Assembly: GCF_002113885.1 (NCBI RefSeq)
Contig: NW_018404676.1
Span: 441,453-505,452, forward strand
DNA from: Mizuhopecten yessoensis
Taxonomy: Eukaryota
Direction: 5' to 3'
DNA: 64,000 nucleotides
The notes beneath the pieces are model-generated. The model did no database searches. It was not told the DNA's origin and saw only the letters and a program-made list of their open reading frames with translations. Below, piece by piece: positions 42,101 through 54,100 of this stretch (positions are counted from its first letter, which is position 1; the number at the start of each line of letters is the position of its first letter). A program made the position numbers and the translations under genes.

Positions 42101-45100
42101 GAACAACTGTCGGTGTATTATTACTTTCGTCGGTTGTTTCTTCTGAAGTGCTTATTACAATCGTACCAAAAGCTTCCCTAAGATGACTGGGGTCGCCGGC
42201 CGTGAACGTTGGAAGGTGTAGGTCGGGGTACTGCGGGTATACGGGAGGCTGGGGCAAGTTCTTGGTCGTGTGTATTATTTCCTCTACGGTGCCCTCGTCG
42301 ATTACATGCTGCACCTGGCTAAGCTTCTGCCTGTATTCGGTCAGGATGTTCTCCATGTGCTCTTTATATACGGTTAACTTGGATTCGTTCTCAAACGCCA
42401 TTTCTTCGCATTTACGAACACTCTTATTTATGACTTTATCCAGTTCTGACTTCAATTTTGTAGATCTCTCCAGTACTGCTTTCCTAGCTTCCTTAGCGTC
42501 TATTTCGTTTCTCGCCAACTGATTTTCAGTGGCTTTCATTTGCTCTTTCAATAATGGTAGTTTCGTCTGCTCCAACAGTGTAATGTAGTTTTCAATGCTC
42601 GCTCGCTTTTCGGCCATTAACACAGATAATTTCTTGAATGGATGACATTGGTGTGTGGTTACTACACAGTCCTCACAGCACAATGTATCCTTACATTGCA
42701 TGCAGGCAAACACTGCCTTTATTCCATGTGGCTTGCACACCAGATCGTTCTTTGGATCGTTCTCAAGTTGTCCATCGGTTTGCAGAGCGCATGCCATTTC
42801 TGAATAAAAGTAAAAATAAAAAATAAAAACTGTAATCAAACAAAAATGCAAAATATAAAGAGAGCAATCAAAAATTACATTCTATTTCACTACATACTCC
42901 TAAGTATCGAATATTGTTTTTGATATTTCGCTAATCTATTGAGTTATAAAAACTTGGACAGTGTCCGAGCTTTTTAAACCGCGGTACTAATCATGATGTA
43001 AAGACATGTTTATATCCTTACCGCAAAAAGTCTTTTAGAACATACATACACAAATACATCTATATTATTGATCAAATGTCATACTATACCGGTAACAACC
43101 AATCCTATAGTGTTTGTTTTAATGACACTCTCCTCATTATCCTAAATCATAGCAATACTGTATTTTCTTCTATGAAGGATCATACATGTATATATATGGC
43201 AACTGTAATTTCTTTTAATAAATGTGAAATAATAATATAGTTACTATCTTCATCCCAGTGTAAAATACATTCAAACTAAATACGGATACGGTGGTTATAT
43301 AAAGATACGGTTCGATAAGAATATACTGAAAAGATTAAAGAGATATTTATCACATAATAAGGAAACGAGGGCAAATAATTTCAGATTACATAACGACCTT
43401 ATAATGGAGACAATATGCACAGAGGAAGATGGCTGAATTATAAGATGAAATAGATTGTCCAAACTAGGCTTAGTTTAACAGCTGTTAAGATATATTTAGA
43501 TTTATATAGAAGGAAATTTTATCAAGCGCTTTGTGACCAAGCGTGCAGAGACATGATATACACACGTATTACATGTAAACATTTCGCACAAATATCTCTT
43601 TGTGACAAACGTTAAACATTGTATAATGGACTAATACTGCTGTTAAATATAACGTGTACTAACTACGCAGGAAATTCAATATGATACAGCAGATTTATGT
43701 TCACCTGCATAATCAACAGTTGTTACCCAATATTAGTGGTGCCTTTGTTGATTCTATTAGGCAATTGCACACGTACACTACCTTAATCATTATACTACTT
43801 TGACCTATTCGTCTATGGCTATTAATAGAACAAGGATAGTAAATTATATCGAGCGGAAGTACTCCGTAATAAATTTGTCTAAAATATTAAGTACATTAGT
43901 TATATCGACAACAAAATCTGGAATAAGATTATGAAATTGTGATTCAATGAAGTTAACCAGGTCAATGTACACATATCCTTACATAAAACAGTCTAATTAC
44001 CTGAAATCGAACCGTGTTATATCAGTGCGTCAAGGCAGATTGTTTACCTTCCGTGTGGCGTTAAGGACAGTCTAATACATAAATCAACACGTCGCCTTTA
44101 AAGTCCGGATTCGTATCTGAATAGTGAGTTCGAGAATAGTGATATAAAATTGTGTTTCAATAGAGTTATCCAGGCCAAAGAACACATATCCTTACATAAT
44201 TACCTGATATCAAATCGTGTTATACCAGTGCGTAAGACAGATTATTAAAACTTCCGTGTGTCATAAGGTCATTCTAATACATAAATCGACAGGTCGCCTT
44301 TAAAGTCCGGATTCGTATCTGAATAGTGAGCCAGTGTGTATATACAGCGGTCTACAAACATGAACAAAGTATACTTACGTCTGATATATATATTGATAAA
44401 ACACGCTTAAATCCTTATCGACGCGTCCTTTACAAATCATAGTAGATTATGGTATTGATATTGGATTTTTTGTTTATATCTAGTCAGTGAGTAACAGCGT
44501 TATCTTAAAATAATTATAGATTTATTTCGAATAATTTTCGGATTTTATTGTGAATTATAATATGCGAATAATATTTTAGTTAGGTTTTTGTTTCAATCAA
44601 GTATGGCATTCGCATATAGTCATTGTTTAATATATTTTTCAGTTGAAATAAAGATTACTCACTGCGTTTAACGTAATATTTAAGACGTCTTTTATTAATT
44701 TTCTGCTTCATTGGTACATGTATTGGTGAAACAAATGAAAAAAATCCTTATATGTGTTGTTGTTGAAGGACTGGACTTGACGAACACTGTTTTACAGTGC
44801 ATATCACGAACCCAGGTATGTCATTTATTGTAAATCTACATTCATATTAAATGTTCTACATATTTCCGTGCTTGTACATCACAATTACAGAGAAGAAAAA
44901 TTACTTACGTTATTTTCCATGTGTCACAGATTGATAAAAACAATTTATCTAATAGGACAATATTTATTCATCACAAACCATTTCATTAACCTAATTGTAT
45001 ATCATTTAACATTATTTATGTATCGCAAACATCTAACATAGGTTATGTATACTCTGTAAAGAATGTGTCATTGATAAATATCTGTAAAGTGTAAATGGAT

Positions 45101-48100
45101 AACTTGTAGGTTCAACGCCAGTCGTCAGTACAGTAAGTACACATGTAACAATTCTATATTCATTTAGGATTTTCTTTAGTCTTGTGTCTGAAATACATTA
45201 AAGAGATGCATTGGTTTGAATTTGGGACATCGCTATACAATGATATCTATATGATTTTACTTTATATAACTGAGATGTCAGAAACACCGATGATGATGTT
45301 TTATACCTGCTTGTTATTCACTAATTAATTTGACAAAATAGTACATGTTACATGAATAAAATTTATACAACAATATACCGCGTTTCTTTCGTTAGATGCC
45401 GTGATTGAATTTTTTTTCAAACAAAAATAAAATCAAACATCCATTTAAATACACACACAAAAAACCCCATATAAAATGGCGATGTGTATAATATGATTTT
45501 TTTGTAATATGTTAAAATTATAACGATGCATTTAAATATTTTTACTTTCACAGAGTAACCCACATTTCAAAATACCGACACTTCCAGATGGATCGACGGT
45601 ATCATGTGATATCAACAAAGCCTGTCACATGATCTTACATCAAACACCTGACCCTGTAGCGGGATGGTAAAACATAACCTACCTTATATATTCATGTGTA
45701 TAGAAATCTTATTTTTCGTCGAAGCAACGATTTTTAAGTTTCCCAATAATAAACAATAGAAATCAAACAGCATGTTGATTTATGATTGCACAAACCAGAT
45801 TGCTTGCGATTTTCTTCACTAATGGACCAGTTTCTATTAATGTTATTAAATGTATTTTGTCGTTAATAACGTGAAAATTGGCTTACTACTTACACCGTTT
45901 TTTGAGGACGCTTTAAAAAAATCTGCCGTAAAGAGTCCAATCTTACTTATGAGACACAAATTGTAAACGATATGGAAATACCATTTGACAATAAGAAATC
46001 TTAACACTGTAAATTAAGTCCATGTAGCAAGCAGTTTTATATGTATATTCAGCGAAAATATAGCAGATGTTTCAATGTTTTTGATTGTTATGATATGCAA
46101 TAATCATAAATCATTTTTGAAGAAATAATATTTCCAAATTTGTTTTTATAGTATAATTGAATGGCAATAACAAATCGACTTCAAATTGTCTGCATTGAAG
46201 ACAAACTAATCACATTTTAACAGAATAAAAAAAGATAACCATATTTCAATGTTATTCAACAGCCCCTCTGTCACAGCCGATGCTATTCCTGGTGGTCTTC
46301 ATGTTATGAGCCCTACTTTACCAACAAACGGAGAGTGTAGAACGGACGTTTCCTTCACTCCGAGTGGACAAGGGGATAGGCATATCTGTCTGACGGCTGC
46401 ATTGCCAAGGTAAATATCAAACTCATTCACAGATATTTATCTAGTAATAAACAGGCAAGGGTCTGTGTTTTCAATATTTGCATTGTTTAATAAAAGTATA
46501 CAAACTGTATAACGCTCTATAATACTTTAAAGAAAAGAAATCGACAGCGGTTTACATAGATTAGATCTAAAACAATAACATTTGGTAAGAAAAAACATGA
46601 CAACAATGTTCAAAGTCATGCACAGTAAAAAAAAAAAAGGACATAGTAAAACATGAAAGGTTCATTTGTAAGTATGAAGCTTAATTAAAAGCAGTTGTAA
46701 ATATACATTGTATAGGCTTTCAAGGACTTCTCAAATACACTTAACGATTCACATGTCCCGAGGAAAGTTGGATCTCTTCCATAACTCAGTGATATTACTG
46801 TAAGTGATAGTGCATGGTCATCTTGGTGATAATACTCAAGTGACTGATCAGCCGGATAAGTATTTATATTCAGTTTTGAATTGCATTGTTATCTATATTT
46901 ATATTAATTGAAATAATACCAATTACAATAAATTATAAAGATAGTAATGTGCCTTCAGTATACCTTTATTACCACTTATATTCACCATTCGAATAATTAT
47001 GCTTTTGTATTCTTTCAGCGCTACAGGTGAAAAGCGATGTTACAATCTACATGTTCCCGTAGGATCTCCAGGTACATTCAAAGGCGATCACCAATATATG
47101 TGAACATTGTCTATTTAGTGTCTACCTCGGTCGGCTTATATTGCTTTGTATAGATCACTTTCAACCATTCAGCTTAAAACATAGGGGAAAATGACGTTGA
47201 TAAATACGTCTTGTTTTAATGACGTTCCTTAAAATGTACTTTTCACCTAAAGAAAATGCAAGGAGTTGGGTGAAATTTAGTCTACAAAATGATGTTTATT
47301 GAAAACGAAAATAGAAAAACAAGAAAGATTTTAAATGTTAATAACACAATACATTTCTAGTCATCTTTTTGACCATACCGATTTGTCAATATTTTTGTTG
47401 TTGTTGTTTTAGTTTTCCTTTTATAATTATAGCAGCAACGCCCTGTGAGAGTCAGAACTGCCAACATGGTGGACTATGTACAGGTGATCCGTCAGGTAGT
47501 ACCGCCACGTGTTCCTGTGCCGCCGGGTACTCTGGGACGGACTGTAGTACAGGTAAGTTATGCGGCCCACAATGTGAATAAAGCTTTACAATATAGCTAT
47601 AGTACATTACTTGGTTTGAGGTTATCAATATTAAGCATTTGAGGGTAATGATTATTAGATATTATAGCGTTTAAACATTGGATGAAAGTGTCAATTAATA
47701 ACAAAGCATTATTTGTAGTTGTATTTAAAAGTGTGTATGTTTTCTATTTCAATCAGTGATCAAAGATACAAATTAAAACTTTTTCAGAAAATATTGAATT
47801 ATAAAGTATTCTTCAAGCTCTGCTTGTGTTAGATAGATTACGGAGGAAATATCTAATTAATCATGACTCTCCCATATAGCGCAGTTTTTTTCTTTCTAAT
47901 TTTCCAAGCTGTTAATACTTCAACAGAGAAATACCAATGCAGTGATATTCCTAATGTTGCTAGTGTGGGATTCTTCACATACCTTGCAAAAAATCGAATA
48001 CTAAAAATCCAGTTAATAATCCCATTTATTTTTTTATTGAAGTTGGAGCTCATAATGTCGGCGATACGGCTGGAAATTCGATACAACCGGTAAATACGTA

Positions 48101-51100
48101 AATTTCTTTTAATAATTAATTATTATTGATTCGCCAAACTAAGATTCGTCATCGATAGGTTTACGTTTCCTTTATATCCCGCAGAGTTAGTTCTTGATTC
48201 ATGGTAATATTAATTTTCTTATCTTACAAATCAATAAATACATAAGTATCAAAATATCCAAACATGGGATTTGCAGATTGAGAATAATCTTTTGGCTCTG
48301 GAAATGACAGTTGATCAAATTAGAATCGAAGAGGGTCACGGGACCTAACGTATCTTCACGTAGGCCTATATTACGGTTTTTGATCGTTATTACGAAACAT
48401 TGTATCCCCTGTACTGTAAATCTCAAATCTTGTCCCCACTTTCTACTGCTGAATTCGACTTTTTACATTCAACGGTACTCTTGAACTATTTATTTCACAG
48501 TTTTCGCCAATTTTGATTTTAACGATGACAAAATATGAAAATAAATCAAACATTTCCCGTTTTACAGTAGTATGTATATACAATTCAAATCCCCTTTCAG
48601 AACGCCCCCCTCACCTCACTCTTATGGTTACTGACACTGCAATGCCCAAAACCTTTTCTTGTTTTGTATATATATCACACTGATTACCATTTCAGAGTGC
48701 TGGCTCCCCTCCTGTAGTTACCGACACCGTTGTGCCCGATACCATATCATGTGTTGTCAACACCGTCTGTCATGTACCTCTCCTAGTAACAGGAGATCCA
48801 AACAACCCGTAGGTTTAAATCAACATGGAAAATATATTTAAGGATGTAGTCTTCTGTGATGAAAACATTTTTATATAAAACTATTTTTCTTGGGGTTTTT
48901 TTAGGGAAAAGGAGTTACTGGCAAAATAGAAAATGCAATGGGTACTATGCAAAACAAATTATAACAATAGTGTGTTAACAGAAATCTACAAATGTTAGCG
49001 AAATTGATAAAAAAAACCCCACAGTTTTTACTTTTAAATCATGGAATTGAAACTTCTTTAATTTTTTCTCAAGAAAACAATTTAACTTTCCCTTACCCCT
49101 TATTTTTTAATATTTGATTAAAAATACTTATTTTTCTACCCTTTTCCATATTTAACGAATGAAATAAAACGTTCTACAATTAACCTTTTTGTATTATTTA
49201 ATTGTTTAAAATCAAGTGTGTTTCTCTTCCTAAGGCAGGGGAAACAAATGGTCGGGAAGTTCTGTTTTAACCACATTACTTTTTGTGTTATTTTTCACTT
49301 TTAAAGGATAAAAATTGAAAAAGAGCTTCAGTAAATAAGTATTGAAATATGTTGTACACTTTTCCGCTTTATTGCATATTATTTTAATAATTGTAACATT
49401 TGAAACTTTAAAATCAACTTGCTACAGTGGAAAAGGTCTATGCAATGCTACTGCTATTGATAAATCTAACTTTCAGAATCGCAGTTTCCAGATATTCAAA
49501 TGGTTGCCAGTCTGTTCGTTTTTTAAACATGTGATAAAACATCTGCAAGCAATAGGCATCTAGTTTTTTGACATATCTTAAGATGCAAGTTTGCTTTTAA
49601 AATTGATAATAATTTGTAAACGTTCATGAAATCCGTAAACCTAGATCAAAACGAAATTTGACCCTATTTGAAATGTCAGAAATGTACAAAAATCCTTCAG
49701 GTTTTGATAAGTTGAAAATTATTTACTTCTGAGGTTTCATTTTAATGTGTATTTATGTAGAAATCTATATAGGATATATAAACATATATATATATTCTAT
49801 GGGAATACTGCCTGCCTAATAACAGCTTTATCCTATTTATTATGGGCTATTTCATCGTGGTTAGTGCAATTCAATTAGAATTACAAATGTAAAAAACAAA
49901 TATCTTGTACTGTTTTATCGCGTAGAAATACAATCGTCGTATGTTTGTTAACATTATTGATAATGCATGTTGATAATATAATATCTCTATATAAAAAAGA
50001 ATGTTTATTTCGCAGACCCACTCTTACCCCAGTCTGGAATGACCCAGGAACACAGATTGGAAAGGTGTCAGTTCCCCAGCCTCCACACCAGCTTCCAGGA
50101 AGTCCACCAGGAACCTACAAAGGTGACGTCACAGTGACAAGTACGACAGTGGGAAGCCATACTTCATGTGTTCAAACTGCTGCCGTGACAGGGTCAGTCA
50201 GTACATTCTGTTCATTTATGATAAACAATTTCTTAAAACAATAACAATACAGATATATTGCAAAATTGGTCCGATAAGGCTGAAATCACAAGCCAATAAT
50301 ATCTAAACAATCAACGAAATTGTTTATATTTTATTTCTGTCTCTTTCTTACATATTTTGGATTCCATGTAAACAACAAAATCATGAACACTCCTTTTTAA
50401 TGATTAACCATTGATTTTTTTATTGATTTTTTCTTAGAAACACTGCACAGACTGTGTGTTTTAATGTGAACGTGATTGGTTCGCTTCCACCTGGAAGCAC
50501 TGCAACGTCTTCTGGACAACAGGTATAGTTACACGTACTTGTCACTATAATAGTACATATATTATAAAAGTGAAGGAAGTGTTTTGTGTTCACAATTTAG
50601 TAAACAATTCGTTATTTGTTACTGCGAGTCACATCTAGGCTGGTTGTTCTGTTATACATGTATTTCGTTTAACAATTTGAAAACAGTTAATTTTATAAAA
50701 GCGATAAACTGATAGTGTTTTGTTTTATTCGTCTTCGGGTTTTTAGGTTTTGTTTTTATATAAATGCGTGTGTTCATGCTGTCTTTGCCTTTTTTATGCT
50801 TCGTCGCTTCGCATTGTTTGTCTTTTCGTAATTATTTATGTTTCGAACTCTCATTTTATTTGTACTGTGATTTTTTCTTCAAGATTGTAGAACCCACTCT
50901 TCCCGATGGGTCGGTGGTCAAATGCTCAAAAGGCAAATCCTGTCATATCCTCATCCATACTGCTCCTAAAGGATCACAGTGGTACGTAACACTACTGTTG
51001 TCATATCCTCAACCTCACTGCTCCTAAAGGATCACAGTGGTACGTAACACTACTGTTGTCCTATCCTCATCCATACTGCTCCTAAAGGATCACAGTGGTA

Positions 51101-54100
51101 CGTAACGCTACTGTTGTCCTATCCTCATCCACACTGCTCCTAAAGGATCACAGTAGTACGTAACACTACTGTTGTCCTATCCTAAACCACACTGCTCCTA
51201 AATGATCACAGTGGTACGTAACACTACTGTTGTCATATCCTCATCCACACTGCTCCTAAAGGATCACAGTAGCGTACGGTGGCCTTGGGTGATATTTCTG
51301 TACAATGAATAACCCCTGTAATATTACATGTATCAAAAGTTTAAAAAAAAAATCAGCTCTGAAATTGGCATAATCATGATGAATTGGACTATGTGGGCTT
51401 CACATTTAAAAAAAAGTCGAATTTGACTTGAGACCACATTTTTGGCATTTACGAATCTGTGTCAACACAACAAAAGCTAGCTTTTCATGTAGTCTATTTT
51501 TGTACTCAGCACATGTGTAAATATTGTGAAAAATCCAGTTTGACGACCTATGTTAAAACGTGGGTGTCTGTGACCGAGTAGGTGATATTTAATTTAAGAC
51601 ATGTTTTTAGAAACAAATTTCTACTTGCGTGGGTCAAATTTTGGGTTAGAAATCATGTTTTTTGCATTGTTTGGCGTTTTTTGATGTGGTAACCATAGTT
51701 TTCACAAGTCCCAAATCTGGGGAAATCACTTTTTGAAAAAATATTCATTCTTCTAAAAAACCGTATTCAAATGTAGGTGTGTTGTGCAGGATGAATCCAC
51801 TATCCATGATTATCCGAGACATGCCCTTTATTTTTAGGGTCAAGCCATTTCTTCTGTACTCTGTTACCTGAGTGCGATACGAAACAAATTATGGTACAGT
51901 TCCATAGTTCACATACGTGGATGATGGTGGGCTGGTGGGCTATTCTTATCGCCCTGCGTCCCCGGTCCGTGGTCCGTGGTCCGTCCTTAAACAGTTCTTC
52001 TCAGGAAGAGCCAAAGGGATCTTTTCAAAGTTTATATGTAGTCTTCCCTTGGTCCCTAGTTGTGCAAATTTACTTTTGAGAATGATCAGATAAACGAAAT
52101 GGCCGACAGGCAGCCATCTTGTATTTTTAAAGTGAAAGTTTGTTATCGCTATTTCTCAATAAGGACTGGGGAGATCTTTCTCAAATTTAAAATATATGTT
52201 CCCCTTGGTATGTAGTTGTGCATGTTTTCTTATGAGACTGATCGGATAAACAAATCTTTGAAAAGATTTGTACACTTGAGGTTTGTTAGTGCTAATTCCC
52301 AGGAATTACTTGAGGGTTCGTTCTCACATTTATATATGCAGGTTCCCCACTGTTCTTTTTTGTCCATGTTTACTATTGAAACTGATCAGATAAACATAAT
52401 GGCCACCACTCTGCCATTTTCGATTTTTGACATTGAAGGTTTGTTAGTACTACTTCTCAGGAATTACTTAAGGGATCTTTCTCAAATCTGATATGTAGGT
52501 TCCCCTTGATCCCTCGTTGTGCATGTGATATATTGTGTCTGATCATTTAAACAACATGGCCGAAAAAGAACTTAACAGATTTTTCTCATATTCAGTAATC
52601 GGTTCTATTTCTTTCACATTAAGTACTGTACTAGTAAATATGTGATATGATAAACTCACTTTGAAGGTTGTCATGTATACACATCAGAATTAAGTTTAGA
52701 TCAAAAGTTACCTCAAGTTGCATTTACTGTTAACATGACAAGATCAAACAGATTAAAGAAAAGAAGAGAAAAGATCGAACTGACAAAGAACTAATGAAGA
52801 TGGTACAATGGTGGGCGCCAAGATCCCTCTGGGATCTCTTGTTTGTTTTTGTTTTTAAATTTGTAACTTTGAACTTAAGTGAATATAAAATATGCCATAC
52901 AATAATTAAGAGGACAATTTTTGACTTTAACTAAGCTTGATTGTATTTGCTTGCCATAGCGATCCCAGAGTCGCCGAGAAACGAAAAATTTCTGGTGGTA
53001 TCAATGTGTTCGCCCCAGTAAAGGACACTGACGGGACGTGTGTAACGGACATCAGACTCCCATCAGACACTGTAGGCAATCAACATATTTGCTTCCAAGT
53101 AGCACCAAACACTATTGGGTAAGGGAGAACGCAATGTAATTATCTTACTGAAAACAACATCGTCCTAACAAAGTAGAATCTACTCCTATACCATGTATAT
53201 TTACTATCAATTCAAAAATTGAAGTATCATTTAAACATCAAGAGGAAATACTGATTACGTTACTGTATCTAAGTTCTCTTTAACAGAATAACTCGGCAAA
53301 AGACTGTATGGTTTGAGCCTTTGGATATAATTTATTTTCAAATCAATAATTCATCTAAGTTTTAACTGGCCAGTGGTTTGAAATGTTGTTCAAGATTTGG
53401 ATTTGACGGATTCGATTGCTTCAAAAGGCTAAAACCATTATAGTCCCTAATTATGACTGTAATATTAATATTTTGATGTTTTTTATGATTCATTTCTAGG
53501 GGAAATACGGAGTCTCGTTGCTACGATTTACATATCGGTAAGTCTCGTGTTTATCATATTCAATTTAAATTTCAATTGATCAATCTTGGAAAAAATATAG
53601 GAATTGTGTGTCGAAATAATTGTTTTAGTAATTCAGTAATCAGAGATATATAAAACTCTTAATTCTCAAGATTGCAAACCGGCTTTCGAAGCAAGAGAAT
53701 GGAAGATTAAATAGAAAGAAAAGGGTGTGAATATTGACACCTGAGTTTTGGAACAAGCAATTGTGTCGTGAAATTGAATAAAAATATGTTCTTTATAATG
53801 TTTGATCAACTTCAATTTCAGGACAGGACCCGTGTATCACATTGCCATGTCCAACAACAGGAACATGTATTCCAGGATCAGGTTTTCCAAAATGCCAGTG
53901 TAAACCAGGATATATAGGTCTAACATGTAACACACGTAAGTGTATGGAAAACACTGAGGTATCTGTCAATATTTCACAATAATTGCAGGTAAATGAAGAT
54001 CATTAAGAAACATGGAGGACATCTTCCATTAGTGATCGGAAAGAATAATCACTAGAAATACGAAGAAATGAAAGTTTGTTTTTAGCTGCAGATCCCTTCA

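Noticed and set aside
42798-42851. N-terminal extension MHFCLITVFIFYFYFYSE as a signal peptide or TM segment of the B-box protein
   Set aside because: It is the translated polypyrimidine tract and AG of the upstream intron.
47430-47435. NAGNAG tandem acceptor (TAGCAG) at EGF9
   Set aside because: Real but commonplace; changes only one Ala.
48601-48626. Alternative linker exon (ERPPHLTLM) before module 10
   Set aside because: Phase-compatible but with a weak donor (GTTACT). I cannot choose between it and 47909-47964 without RNA data, so it is not listed as a feature.
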